Origin: a virus
Lineage: Duplodnaviria > Caudoviricetes
Reading direction: 5' to 3' (one strand)
IMG/VR virus record: IMGVR_UViG_3300020428_000001
Span: 1 to 58,114 of that record
DNA: 58,114 bases
The notes beneath the pieces were generated by a model. That model made no database searches. It saw nothing but the letters and a program-made list of their open reading frames with translations, and had not been told where the DNA came from. Both the position numbers and the translations under genes were made by a program. Shown here one piece after another: positions 43,758 to 54,054 of the stretch (positions within the stretch are counted from its first letter, which is position 1; every line of letters begins with the position of its first letter).

Positions 43758-46700
43758 TACTTAATACCTCCTTTACTTACTTTTAACTGTAATCCAGAAA
43801 TATTCCAAGCTTTATTATTTCCAGCAGTATTATTTGTATTAGCATCATCTACTCTATAGTTAACAAATCTACCATGAACTCTTGTATCAACTTTATAATT
43901 TGATGCTACAACAAAGTCATTAATTGAAAGTTTATTTGCTTTAGAATTAGTTTGAGTATTATCTTCTGCTGTAGTTAAATAAGCTTCTTCTCCTGGAGAA
44001 TTAGTTCCTCTAACTCTTACTCTAAGAGTAGCTCTTTGAGGATCACCACCGACTGTTGTTACTGTTCCTCCATCAGCAAATAAAGAAACACTTTTTAATT
44101 CTTCACTATCAAAAGTAGGACTTATACTCATTTGCTCTTTTTCAAAATAAGATATATAATTAGTTCCAGCAAAATCATAAGTTAAATCTGCAACTCTTAC
44201 TCTATTAAATAAAGTTCCACTACTATATCCACTTTGTACAAATATAGGATATATTTTACTTGGGTTAATATCTGTACTTTGCCAAGGTCTTACAATATCA
44301 AATGTAGTTGATATAGCTGTAGCTGTAGTTGCTTGAGTAGGATTAGTAGTAGATACTGTATTTCCTTCTGCAGCATTAGTAAGATTAGTTGTAGACGGAG
44401 CTACCTTCGCAGCTACTGTTTCACCACTAAATGGATTATAAGTTAATACATAACTTGCATCACTTGAAAATTGACTAGGAGTGATTGTTAAAGTTGTTGG
44501 ATCTGTAGTACTATCGTTAGTAATATTAACTAATTGATTAGTGTTAAGAACAGTTAATATATCTAATAAAGCATTTGTACCTTCTAAATCAATTAATGTA
44601 CTTGCAGTATTATTAACTGCTGTATGTAATGTCATATCAACAGCTAAACCATTAGGCTTATTTAGCTCTGCTGTATTTTGTGTTGCATCAGGATTATAAA
44701 ATAAAGCTCTGTATGCAGCATCATTAGTATCATTCCTAACATTTGCTAATGTTGTACTATCCCATCCTGTTACAGAACCATAATGTTTATCATTAGCTGC
44801 TTTTACAAATGTACTATCTAATATTCTTCCTGGACCTTCGCCATAATGTTTATCAAATACAACTGTACCACCATTAAGTGTTACTGTTACTCTAGTACCT
44901 CTTGCAAATAAAGGAGTTATACCTTCTGTTGTAGCTGAACCACTTGCGTTACTAATAAGCGTTTGCCCACCTGTATATCCAGTTCGAGTTGTTCCTTGTG
45001 TTATTGTATAAGAGAACGTACCTGTAATAGCTTGTCTATCAACTGCAGTAAAGTCTAAGTTAGGACTACTTCCTCCAGGATTTGCTAATGTCCATATAGC
45101 TTGGTTAGCTGAGTTACCTCCAGCTTGCCATGCATTATAAACTAATGTAGCAATCTCATTAGGAGTAATGTGAGGAGTAGTACTATATCCGACACCACTA
45201 TCTATATCAAATGTATTTGAGTTACCTGAGCCTGCAGTTAGAGTAACATTTAATGCAGTACCAAAGTCTGTAGGAGGAGTAATTACTAGTACATCTTCAC
45301 TTGTAGATGTAGCAAGTCCAGGTCTAGTTTCACCGACAGTAAAAGAACCATTAGTAACACCTGTAGGTAATGTTCCACTACTTACTATTGTAACACTATA
45401 AGCATCTTGTGGACCTACAGCTGGTGCTGTACATATGACTGCATTAGTTGAGCTATCTGCAGTAGTCCATGAGCTATTATTAGTTATAAGACTTTTGATT
45501 TCATCTCTTATAAGTGTAACACTGTATGTTCCATTTAATAATGAATAAGCATTTGTTCCATCAGGAAAATTAACTGTAAGGGTTATCTCTCCAGTAGCAG
45601 TAAAGTTACTGAATGAGCCTACAGTAATAGTTTGTTTTTCTTTAACACCTCTATGTTGTTTAGCAGCATGACCATTAACTATAACTCGCTGTACTTCCTT
45701 TTTTCCTCTATTAGTATAACCAAAGTTACCAGAATTACCTGTAATTTTTAATGTCGCAGTAGGAGTTCCACCACCTTTAACTGGCCCAACATCCCCTGAA
45801 GTAACACTATTAAGATCTCTTAAAGTCCAAGTGTTATCTCTATAATTCCATATTAATGCTTCATCTGACTCTCCAGCAAGTGAAGCAAGAGTAGGATAAC
45901 AAATCCATATTTCGTTTTGTCTATGATTTAAAAGAGTGAATAATTGTTGTTCATAAGTAGGATTAAGATTATCAAAGAAATATCGTCTTACCCTTTGGTC
46001 AGCTAATGATTGTATATCTCCAGGGTTTCCAGCAAATACATAAATATCATTTCGACCTATAATAAAATGTTTACCATCATATTCTATAACACCACCATTA
46101 GTTAAACAACCATACTCATCTGTTATTGAACCAAATGATACTGGCGCGTTAACATTACCAGTAAGCCTCATTACATGAATACTATCTGTTGCATAGATAT
46201 ACATACCACCTTGTAATGGTTTCATATCTTTAATAACACTTGTTTCTGCAAGAGTAAATTCATCTGCTGTGTTTACACCAGTTTCAAATGGATTCCAGTT
46301 ATTTGGAATTCCTCCTGGAGCTGCAACATCAGAGGTTCTTACTTCTCCTGCTAATCTTCGTACAGTATTACTGCCATCTTTTTCTGTAAGGTTTCCAGCA
46401 ACTAATAAATCACCAAATGATTCTACTACACCGGCAGTCACTGTAACTACATTTCTAGATTTAACATTAACTGTAACTACATTACCGTCTGCTAAACCAC
46501 CAATATAAGTTATAGTAGTATTAGTAGCAGCATCTGTATATAATTGAAAATTACTTGAACCAACACTTGGTAGGCTTCCAGGAAGCGCACCAGGCACAAA
46601 GTTAGAAGTATTAGTAGTACCAGATCCTGCAGGAGTTCCAGCTTGAGCGGTTCTTGAAGAACCACCAACTTCTATTATAACTTCATATAAAGAAAAATCT

Positions 46701-47311
46701 ACCTTTTGACCACAATCAAATAAAGAACCTTCTCCAGTATTCCAAGTATCTTCAACAATTTTTTGATCTACTTTATAACTATCCCATCCAGGTAATTCAG
46801 CCAAAACAATATTAGCTATATCAGTATTTCCAGGAGTATCTAGTATATAATGAGGTTTATCTAAACCATTATTAATAATAAAAGCAAAACCACCAGAAAA
46901 TAAAGTATGTTGCCATCCAGTAGTAGTATGTTGAAATCCATTACCACTATTTAAAGTACTAGGAGTAATATCTCTTTTAGCTCCTGTATGGTCTTGTATA
47001 TAAACCTTTTGACCAACAGTAACATTACTACTTAATAAATCTACAACCCAAATATAATAACATCCAGTAGGTTGCTTATTAGGATTTTCCCAAACAGCAA
47101 AATATCTTATTTCACCGAATGATAATGGAGAAGATAAATCACTAGTTATATCATTTAATAGTAATTCTCCTTCCATTTTTCTAATTGCACCATCTTTAAA
47201 TCGTACATTTCTTGCGTTAGTGAATATATTATGAGGTAAAGAGATTGGAGGAGTATCTTTAATAACTCCTTTAGACGCAATATCAAGAACGGAAACTACA
47301 TCTTCTGCCAT
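43757..47311 (-). CDS. Tail nozzle / tail tubular protein B-like, with a large internal insertion
   Basis: GVIKDTPP..LP...FTNARNVRFKDG N-terminus, EIWICYP..ALIWNYRDNTWT and C-terminal RVHGRFVNYRV..WNISG. Confidence 0.75.
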   Translation of the reverse strand: MAEDVVSVLDIASKGVIKDTPPISLPHNIFTNARNVRFKDGAIRKMEGELLLNDITSDLSSPLSFGEIRYFAVWENPNKQPTGCYYIWVVDLLSSNVTVGQKVYIQDHTGAKRDITPSTLNSGNGFQHTTTGWQHTLFSGGFAFIINNGLDKPHYILDTPGNTDIANIVLAELPGWDSYKVDQKIVEDTWNTGEGSLFDCGQKVDFSLYEVIIEVGGSSRTAQAGTPAGSGTTNTSNFVPGALPGSLPSVGSSNFQLYTDAATNTTITYIGGLADGNVVTVNVKSRNVVTVTAGVVESFGDLLVAGNLTEKDGSNTVRRLAGEVRTSDVAAPGGIPNNWNPFETGVNTADEFTLAETSVIKDMKPLQGGMYIYATDSIHVMRLTGNVNAPVSFGSITDEYGCLTNGGVIEYDGKHFIIGRNDIYVFAGNPGDIQSLADQRVRRYFFDNLNPTYEQQLFTLLNHRQNEIWICYPTLASLAGESDEALIWNYRDNTWTLRDLNSVTSGDVGPVKGGGTPTATLKITGNSGNFGYTNRGKKEVQRVIVNGHAAKQHRGVKEKQTITVGSFSNFTATGEITLTVNFPDGTNAYSLLNGTYSVTLIRDEIKSLITNNSSWTTADSSTNAVICTAPAVGPQDAYSVTIVSSGTLPTGVTNGSFTVGETRPGLATSTSEDVLVITPPTDFGTALNVTLTAGSGNSNTFDIDSGVGYSTTPHITPNEIATLVYNAWQAGGNSANQAIWTLANPGGSSPNLDFTAVDRQAITGTFSYTITQGTTRTGYTGGQTLISNASGSATTEGITPLFARGTRVTVTLNGGTVVFDKHYGEGPGRILDSTFVKAANDKHYGSVTGWDSTTLANVRNDTNDAAYRALFYNPDATQNTAELNKPNGLAVDMTLHTAVNNTASTLIDLEGTNALLDILTVLNTNQLVNITNDSTTDPTTLTITPSQFSSDASYVLTYNPFSGETVAAKVAPSTTNLTNAAEGNTVSTTNPTQATTATAISTTFDIVRPWQSTDINPSKIYPIFVQSGYSSGTLFNRVRVADLTYDFAGTNYISYFEKEQMSISPTFDSEELKSVSLFADGGTVTTVGGDPQRATLRVRVRGTNSPGEEAYLTTAEDNTQTNSKANKLSINDFVVASNYKVDTRVHGRFVNYRVDDANTNNTAGNNKAWNISGLQLKVSKGGIK

Positions 47312-47330
47312 AATATTTCTCCTTTATTTT

Positions 47331-49109
47331 TTAAGCGCATTCTTTTTGGCCAGTTGTTGGGTCGATAAAGCAAGCTTCAATCTTTTCTTTTTCTTGATCC
47401 ATCTTCTCAATCTGAATAGGTATCTCCTCTTCTTCTTCCACGACCGTATTAAGCACTCCATATCTTTTTCCGCTGAGTCTGAACGTTGTGCAACCCTTCG
47501 CACCACCTTTCCAGGCATCAACATAAACTTGTTTGAAATCTTCATATGTAACGTCATCTCCTACGTTACAAGTTTTTGAACAAGCACTATCAATATAATG
47601 CTGTGATAATAACAATATAGATAGATGCTCATTTACAGTTGTCTCATTCGCAGTTTTTCCTTTTATACCTTTTGTATAAGCATAATCTTCAACTCTTTCT
47701 ACTTTAGGTCCATCAAAAGTTTGAATAGTTCTATCATAATAATGACTAAATACTGGTTCAATACCACCACTAACATTATTAGCAACTAAGCTTATAGTTC
47801 CTGTAGGAGCTATAGACGTTAAATGACTATTACGTATACCATGTTCTCTAATTAATTTTTTAACAGAAGCTGGTAAAGTTCTAACAAAATTTGATTTTAA
47901 ATATTCTTCTCTATATAAAGGAAATGGTCCTTTTTCTTTTGCTATTAAAGCTGAAGCTTTATAAGTATTATCTCTTAAACACGCAAATATTTTTTCTGCC
48001 CACTTCATAAAATCTTCAGAAGCATATTTAAATCCTAGCATTTCACCAGCATTAGCTAAACCAGTAACACCTAAACCCATTCTTCTTTTATCTTTAGCTT
48101 CATCAGCTTGAGCTTTTAATGGATATATAGTTCTATCTACAACGTTATCCATTGCTCTTACAACATGCATAATGTCTTCTTTAAATTTTTTAAAATTAAA
48201 ATTATAAGTATATTGAATAGTATCTCCACCCATAATTTCTTCATCTTTTTCTAAATAACCAACAAGATTAAATGATCCTAATAAGCAAGCACCATAAGCT
48301 GGTAGTGGTTGTTCACCACAAGGATTTGTAGCATTGATTTCTTCACAATACCACAGGTTATTCATTTCAGCAATTCTATCAATAAACAAAACACCAGGCT
48401 CAGCCCAATCCCACGTGCTATCCATAATATCATCCCATAGTTTTCGGGCGGATATTGTTCTATGCACTTGTCCTTCGAACACCAAGTCAAAATCATCCCC
48501 AACATCGCTTGTTAAAGCCTCCATAAATTTATCAGTTATACCAACACTAATATTAAAACCAGTAAGATTATGAGAATTACGTTTAGCAGTAATGAATTCT
48601 TCAATGTCCGGATGGTCGACCCTGAGGACACCCATCTGCGCCCCACGTCTGTGTCCTGAGCTAGCGATGGTTTGACAGATAGAATCAAAGATGCCCATAA
48701 AGGATACAGGACCGCTAGCCTGGCTATCGAGCGATTTAATTTTATCTCCTCTTGGTCGGATTTTACTAAAGTCATAACCAATCCCACCGCCTCTACGCAT
48801 TGTTTCAGCTGCTTCACTAGCTTTCTCCATTATACAGTTCATACTATCTTCTATTTCACCAGATACAAAGCAATTATAAGCTGTTGTAATCCTATTAGAG
48901 CCAATAGCAGCTTGAACTCTACCTGCTGGTAAGAATCTCATATTACCTAATATATCTTCTAATTCATATCTATGTTGGTCATCATCAGAAAGAGCTCTAG
49001 CTATTCTCTTTATTTTTTCATTAAAACTCTCATCTTTTTGACGATATTTCATTTCGTCTATCTCTTTAGATATATCCTTATCTGGTCCTATATATTCAGT
49101 ATTACGCAC
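47331..49109 (-). CDS. nrdJ: Class II (adenosylcobalamin-dependent) ribonucleotide reductase
   Basis: FLPAGR, NCFV, GGGIG, RRGAQM, TNPCGEQPL, CLLGSFNL and IAPTGTIS motifs; no beta-subunit gene found in the genome. Confidence 0.88.
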   Translation of the reverse strand: MRNTEYIGPDKDISKEIDEMKYRQKDESFNEKIKRIARALSDDDQHRYELEDILGNMRFLPAGRVQAAIGSNRITTAYNCFVSGEIEDSMNCIMEKASEAAETMRRGGGIGYDFSKIRPRGDKIKSLDSQASGPVSFMGIFDSICQTIASSGHRRGAQMGVLRVDHPDIEEFITAKRNSHNLTGFNISVGITDKFMEALTSDVGDDFDLVFEGQVHRTISARKLWDDIMDSTWDWAEPGVLFIDRIAEMNNLWYCEEINATNPCGEQPLPAYGACLLGSFNLVGYLEKDEEIMGGDTIQYTYNFNFKKFKEDIMHVVRAMDNVVDRTIYPLKAQADEAKDKRRMGLGVTGLANAGEMLGFKYASEDFMKWAEKIFACLRDNTYKASALIAKEKGPFPLYREEYLKSNFVRTLPASVKKLIREHGIRNSHLTSIAPTGTISLVANNVSGGIEPVFSHYYDRTIQTFDGPKVERVEDYAYTKGIKGKTANETTVNEHLSILLLSQHYIDSACSKTCNVGDDVTYEDFKQVYVDAWKGGAKGCTTFRLSGKRYGVLNTVVEEEEEIPIQIEKMDQEKEKIEACFIDPTTGQKECA

Positions 49110-49139
49110 TTTATTGTCTCCATTTAAATAGTTTTTCGA

Positions 49140-49156
49140 TCTCTAATAGGAGACAC
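49140..49156 (-). promoter_or_regulatory. Putative phage RNAP promoter, class II (GTGTCTCCTATTAGAGA)
   Basis: Exact intergenic 17-mer upstream of the RNR/nozzle/ejection operon. Confidence 0.8.
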
Positions 49157-49161
49157 CTTTT

Positions 49162-49557
49162 TTACTTAGTTATACCTTTAAATTTCTCAAAAGTACGTAA
49201 TCCACCAAGTCCTAACATACCCATAAGAACGGTTAATAAACTTTCCATATCAAACGTCGGTAGTTGAGGTATTTGTACAGCTAAATATGCACAAACAAAC
49301 ATAATAAAAGGTGCTAATACAAAATGCCAAGCTAAAGCTACGCCACAAGTCCATCCTACAAATGGTCTCCAACCAGCTACAAATATACTTCTATGAGCAG
49401 CTTCTGCTTTATTAATTTCTAATTGGCCTTTAGCTAATTCTTGAGCATGGCGTTCTGCCATTGTTGATAGTTCATGAGCGAGTTTGTTTTTAACGTCTTT
49501 ATCTTCTATAAATTTACCTAAAAGATTACTGACTGGTCCTATTAAAGCTGTTAACAT
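49162..49557 (-). CDS. Holin (3TM family)
   Basis: INKAEA..SIFVAGWRPFVGW and MLGLGGLRTFEK motifs. Confidence 0.8.
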   Translation of the reverse strand: MLTALIGPVSNLLGKFIEDKDVKNKLAHELSTMAERHAQELAKGQLEINKAEAAHRSIFVAGWRPFVGWTCGVALAWHFVLAPFIMFVCAYLAVQIPQLPTFDMESLLTVLMGMLGLGGLRTFEKFKGITK

Positions 49558-49649
49558 TATGCTTTCTCACATTGGCAGTTACATTTACAAATTCTTATCT
49601 TGTACTGCTTTATCTGTTTGATAAAGTTCTTTAGTTTTGAAATAATCAT
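49557..49649 (-). CDS. Small basic Cys-rich peptide (30 aa)
   Basis: MIISKLKNFIKQIKQYKIRICKCNCQCEKA; TAATG coupling to the holin. Confidence 0.4.
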   Translation of the reverse strand: MIISKLKNFIKQIKQYKIRICKCNCQCEKA

Positions 49650-49824
49650 ATTGTTTAATTCTCTCCTTAAACTTTTCTTTTAAAGTTTCGTTTTTGCAAC
49701 TATTAAAAAATAATTTTATAGCAACTTTACTACTTCCTTTAAATTCAAGCTTGTTTTCATTATATAAAAATCCTATAGCATTATCTATTATTAATAGTAA
49801 TTCTTCATCTTTATATGTTAACAT
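49585..49824 (-). CDS. Hypothetical protein
   Basis: 79 aa coupled ORF. Confidence 0.6.
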   Translation of the reverse strand: MLTYKDEELLLIIDNAIGFLYNENKLEFKGSSKVAIKLFFNSCKNETLKEKFKERIKQYDYFKTKELYQTDKAVQDKNL

Positions 49825-50597
49825 TATTTTTTCTTTTTTAAAGCACTATTAATAGAACTTATAACATCGTCTATATTAGGCTCTTTTTGATTTGGGTTAT
49901 ATTTACACATTATATTTCTTGGACAAGTTGAATCAACTACTAATTCATAAGTTTTATTTAAACCTATATAAATACAAGCTTCTTGACCATTCTTAGCTTT
50001 AGCTCTTTTCTTTAATCTACAGTTTATAAGTTTAGGATTATCCCTTAAACCTTTCCTTAATTGCTGTTGATATGTCCAATTATAAGTTTTATTAGAATTA
50101 TATTTGTATTCACCAGCGTGTGCCTTATTACCATATAGATACGCAATAAATAATATAAAAGCAGTAATAATAATAGCTAGTAATCCTATACCAATCCATT
50201 CTAAAACTTTTCTTCTAAGTATTTGTTGTTTATATATTGCCTCTTGGCGCTGCTTTCTTATACGACCTTCCATAGCAAGAAGATCATCATATGCTCCTGG
50301 TCCTTGTGTCATGTTAAGCCATGTTTTTAATTCTTGTCTTTGTTCTTGTAATTTCTTTTTAGCAATATAAGCAGACATAGCCTCCTCTTCTACTGAACCC
50401 GCAGCAAATAATTTTTTAAAGAGTGGTGGATTCTTAGCCATCTTTTCAGCATTATCAACATCTGAAGCAGCAGTCATCCATCGAGATACATCTTTACCCA
50501 TTGATTCAAAATCGCGACCAATTTGAAATCCTTTTTTAATTGCATCAAAAGCTTTAGATGCTACACTAACAGCCGCTGTAATAGTTAATGGGTCCAT
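49824..50597 (-). CDS. Membrane-anchored hypothetical protein
   Basis: 257 aa; MDPLTI N-terminus, central TM helix and Cys-containing C-terminal domain. Confidence 0.75.
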   Translation of the reverse strand: MDPLTITAAVSVASKAFDAIKKGFQIGRDFESMGKDVSRWMTAASDVDNAEKMAKNPPLFKKLFAAGSVEEEAMSAYIAKKKLQEQRQELKTWLNMTQGPGAYDDLLAMEGRIRKQRQEAIYKQQILRRKVLEWIGIGLLAIIITAFILFIAYLYGNKAHAGEYKYNSNKTYNWTYQQQLRKGLRDNPKLINCRLKKRAKAKNGQEACIYIGLNKTYELVVDSTCPRNIMCKYNPNQKEPNIDDVISSINSALKKKK

Positions 50598-50606
50598 TTA
50601 TTTCTC

Positions 50607-50786
50607 CTACTTATTCTTTGGTAAACATATTGCAGTGAGCTCCTTATATGTACCATCTTGTTGAGGAACAGATCTTTGATTGCTTAATCTTTCAGCAAAA
50701 TATTTACACGTATCTATATTAGCAAACACTTGTGTTTTATTATATAATTGAGTTCCCATATATACGTATAAAACAAACTCAATCAT
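50607..50786 (-). CDS. Hypothetical protein
   Basis: Start refined to MIEFVLYVY (ATGA overlap). Confidence 0.6.
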   Translation of the reverse strand: MIEFVLYVYMGTQLYNKTQVFANIDTCKYFAERLSNQRSVPQQDGTYKELTAICLPKNK

Positions 50787-50977
50787 TTCATAATTATACT
50801 TATAACTAAAGCAACAATACCTAATGTACCTATCATAGACATTGCTTCTATACGCCACATACGTTTATCTAATCCATGTAGCTTTTCGTTAACAGCTTCA
50901 TACCTTATTGCACATTCTTTTTCATGTGCATCAAGTTCCATTTGTACTTTGAGTTCAGGTTTCATTTCCATTTTCAT
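50783..50977 (-). CDS. Small coiled-coil protein with C-terminal TM helix
   Basis: HEKECAIRY motif and hydrophobic tail. Confidence 0.7.
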   Translation of the reverse strand: MKMEMKPELKVQMELDAHEKECAIRYEAVNEKLHGLDKRMWRIEAMSMIGTLGIVALVISIIMK

Positions 50978-51591
50978 CAGCCTTTAATCTCTTGTAAAGT
51001 TAACTGACAAGTTCCACTCGCCATTTCGTCATTGTTGTAGTTATAACCAGCAATATTTCTAAGCATTATTCTTGTGCTACCTGAATGTTCAATAATACCT
51101 TGTATGTTATATGTAGTTGCAGAAGTTGTGCTAGGAGAGTCAACAAAATGAAAAGGAACAGAAGCAGGTCTACTAGCCGAATAACCTGCATCTTTAACAA
51201 CAGAGTGCATAGGACTTGCTCCACTTGCATCAGCACCATGAACAGTTGTTGCTGTTGATAAATCAGTTGTTTCACCTATCACTGTGCTTCCTCTTTTTAA
51301 TCTGACTCCTATGTAATCTAAAGCTGCACTATGATCACTATACTTGCCTCCTATTGATATAAATCCTGTAAGAAGAATTTTACTACTTGTAGCTGAAGGC
51401 GTTATTGCAAGACTTATAACAGTACTTGGAGTAGTTGAACTGTTGCCTGAATAAGATGCTGATGTCATATCATTAGTGCTTACTGTTTGTAATATTGCAC
51501 CAATAGGGAGCTGAGTACCAGTAATAGTAGGGATATTAGCAGCAACAAGTGCTTGCTGATTGCCACCGAAGTTTAATTTTGTTAGTGCCAT
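50977..51591 (-). CDS. Tail fibre/RBP-module protein
   Basis: MALTKLN; GAILQTV..ITPSATSSKILL..DSPSTTSATTY..LQEI; paralogue of 55711..56250. Confidence 0.7.
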   Translation of the reverse strand: MALTKLNFGGNQQALVAANIPTITGTQLPIGAILQTVSTNDMTSASYSGNSSTTPSTVISLAITPSATSSKILLTGFISIGGKYSDHSAALDYIGVRLKRGSTVIGETTDLSTATTVHGADASGASPMHSVVKDAGYSASRPASVPFHFVDSPSTTSATTYNIQGIIEHSGSTRIMLRNIAGYNYNNDEMASGTCQLTLQEIKG

Positions 51592-52301
51592 TATTTTAAT
51601 ACTCCATATAATTCCCAACCTTCATGCGTCATAGTAGCTGTATAAGTATCTTGAGCATAATTAAACATGACTATCTTCATTTGGTCATTAACTTCGGCTG
51701 TTTGAACTCCTCCCATTCCTCTTCTCCAACAATAGTAATTCGTTCCACTATAATCTGATCCTCCATAACCAGTATACTGAACTGCAGTAGATAGAGTTGA
51801 TACTTCATTATTACAGATTACAAATTCGTAATTTATAAAATATTTAGCAGCATCATCAGTCAAAGGCATATTATAATAAAAAGCTCTAACTCCATTTGTA
51901 GTTGGATTATCTTCACCAGTTACTGCTGATCCTTGTAACTCTTCAAAGTTATAAGCCCAGTAATCTCCAGAAGTTCTACTTCCACTTGCACCATCATTTC
52001 TTACACTTCCACCACTTGTTCTAAACCTTAATCCAAAACCATGTGCTGTTGACATTCTAACACCACGAATATTCCATAGCAACCTTGAGTATTTACCAGC
52101 AGTAGTTGGTAAGTCGACTGTAAATGGACTTGTGCCTGCAGCTGCAGCTGCTGAAGATATTTTTTCAAGCGATCCAGCACCAGTAACAGTTCCACTAAAT
52201 GTTACATTCTGAGGAAACGTAACATTACTACTTCCATCAATAGTCATAGCAGCAGTACCAGAGCTATTCTGTATATTGTTTACTTTAATTATACTTGTCA
52301 T
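51591..52301 (-). CDS. Tail fibre/RBP-module protein
   Basis: MTSIIKVNNIQ N-terminal motif; C-terminal WELYGV; paralogue of 52916..53566. Confidence 0.7.
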   Translation of the reverse strand: MTSIIKVNNIQNSSGTAAMTIDGSSNVTFPQNVTFSGTVTGAGSLEKISSAAAAAGTSPFTVDLPTTAGKYSRLLWNIRGVRMSTAHGFGLRFRTSGGSVRNDGASGSRTSGDYWAYNFEELQGSAVTGEDNPTTNGVRAFYYNMPLTDDAAKYFINYEFVICNNEVSTLSTAVQYTGYGGSDYSGTNYYCWRRGMGGVQTAEVNDQMKIVMFNYAQDTYTATMTHEGWELYGVLK

Positions 52302-52310
52302 GTTATTCTC

Positions 52311-52919
52311 CTATGATTCATACATAATGTTGACAGAGCCACCAGAAAAAGCACCACCTGAAACCATTTGCACTCTTAATCTATCTAAAGTTCCACCTAA
52401 TTGGACATGACCACCACCAAACACACCATTACTTGAATTATATCTAACAGCATGAGAGCCAACAAAAAGATTTGAACCCATATGACATATTGTAAGAATA
52501 CCTGAAATAGTATTACCACCACCACTTCCATAAACAATAAAACCACTTGTGTCTTGCACCTGATCAGCACCCCAAGAACTATTAGTAACATAACCTGATG
52601 TTGTTAAACCACTACTTGTTCCAAGTCGTATTAAAACACTAGCATTTGCACCTGTAACTGCATTAAACATTATAGAAATTCGTTTTGTTCCTGATGGAAT
52701 ACTTCCATAATCAACTGCTGTTCCTGAAGTAGTAGCTGTAGTAGTTTCTAAAGTCATTGTTGATGCAGTAAAACTGCTTGAACCAGTACCACCTTGAGAT
52801 ATTGGTAAAGGAGAAGCTAATGTTATTCCTCCATCATTAGCTACAGTAATTGCTGCATTTCCAGTAATACTTTTTATATTACCAGCTTGAACATTCGTTG
52901 CTTCTATTATTCCACTCAT
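52311..52919 (-). CDS. Tail fibre/RBP-module protein
   Basis: Start refined to MSGIIEA; IPSGTKRI, RLGTSSG and LGGTLDRLR motifs; paralogue of 54342..55007. Confidence 0.7.
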   Translation of the reverse strand: MSGIIEATNVQAGNIKSITGNAAITVANDGGITLASPLPISQGGTGSSSFTASTMTLETTTATTSGTAVDYGSIPSGTKRISIMFNAVTGANASVLIRLGTSSGLTTSGYVTNSSWGADQVQDTSGFIVYGSGGGNTISGILTICHMGSNLFVGSHAVRYNSSNGVFGGGHVQLGGTLDRLRVQMVSGGAFSGGSVNIMYES

Positions 52920-53566
52920 TTTTTCCATCCATATAATACCCATTCACCATGGGTCATTGTTCCACTTAAAGGATATAGTTTAAGTCTATCATTTATTTCT
53001 GCTACGTTTACAGAGCCACCACCTACTCTAATTGTAGCATAAGCATTAGATGCTAATCCATAAGCTGTATAAAAATATTTTGTATGATAACTAGCTGTTT
53101 TATTATTAGTTATAGTTATATTATATGAGTTAGCTTCTATTAGAGCATTTCCTAGATTATAATACCCTATCTGAGCATTACCAGAACCAGAGTTACCACT
53201 AGCACCATTTGGGGATGCTCCATACGTTCTTTCCATTGTACTATATGTATAGTTTGTAGCATAGCTTCCACCTGAAGTTCTAAAAGCTACAGCTAAATCT
53301 GTATCACCACTATTATATATATCATGTATGCTTAATTCAAACTTATGATAAGAAGCATCAGTTGGTAAATCTATTTCTAAATTACTTACAGCAGATCCAG
53401 CATTACCAGAAGATACTATAACAGTAGGGCTTGCACCTGTAACTGTTCCAGTAAAGTTTGATGTGCCATTAAAAGTACTTGTACCACTAAAGGTAGAGGA
53501 TTCAGGAAATGTAATACTACCACCTGTTGTTTTAGGTTCTATTGTGTCTACGAATATTTTACTCAT
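52916..53566 (-). CDS. Tail fibre/RBP-module protein
   Basis: MSKIFVDTIEPKT N-terminus; C-terminal WVLYGW. Confidence 0.7.
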   Translation of the reverse strand: MSKIFVDTIEPKTTGGSITFPESSTFSGTSTFNGTSNFTGTVTGASPTVIVSSGNAGSAVSNLEIDLPTDASYHKFELSIHDIYNSGDTDLAVAFRTSGGSYATNYTYSTMERTYGASPNGASGNSGSGNAQIGYYNLGNALIEANSYNITITNNKTASYHTKYFYTAYGLASNAYATIRVGGGSVNVAEINDRLKLYPLSGTMTHGEWVLYGWKK

Positions 53567-54051
53567 ACTACTGTTAAAACTCCATTTACTGTTAGTGTTA
53601 CACCATTAGCAACGGAGATGTCTCCAGCTACCATAGCTCTTTCTGTACTAGCTATTGTTATATTAGTGTCAATACTATCATCGTTAATTCTTAATGGGTC
53701 TCTAAATAATGTATTAGATAACTGTGCTGCTTGAATAGATCCACTAGAAGGTGTACCTGTGCTTAAATTATTTCCCATAACTAATACGTAATTAATAACA
53801 TCATTACTTGTTAATGCATCACTAAATATTATTTGACTACCACTTATAGTATAAGCATCTCCAGGAGCTTGTGTTACTCCGTTAAGACTTACAATACACT
53901 GTTCAGCAGTTCCAGGACTAAATGCTGCACCACTTCTTTCTAAATCATATGGACCAGCTCCTGTGTTATCTGCTCCTGTAGCATTTGCTGCAGTAATACT
54001 ATCTAGCTTTATATACTCCCCATGTAGAGGTTCTTTCCCTATATATGGCAT
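53563..54051 (-). CDS. Tail fibre connector-like protein
   Basis: MPYIGKEP, LNGVTQAP..Y and C-terminal VANGVTLTVNGVLTVV; paralogue of 56881..57381. Confidence 0.7.
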   Translation of the reverse strand: MPYIGKEPLHGEYIKLDSITAANATGADNTGAGPYDLERSGAAFSPGTAEQCIVSLNGVTQAPGDAYTISGSQIIFSDALTSNDVINYVLVMGNNLSTGTPSSGSIQAAQLSNTLFRDPLRINDDSIDTNITIASTERAMVAGDISVANGVTLTVNGVLTVV

Positions 54052-54054
54052 GTC

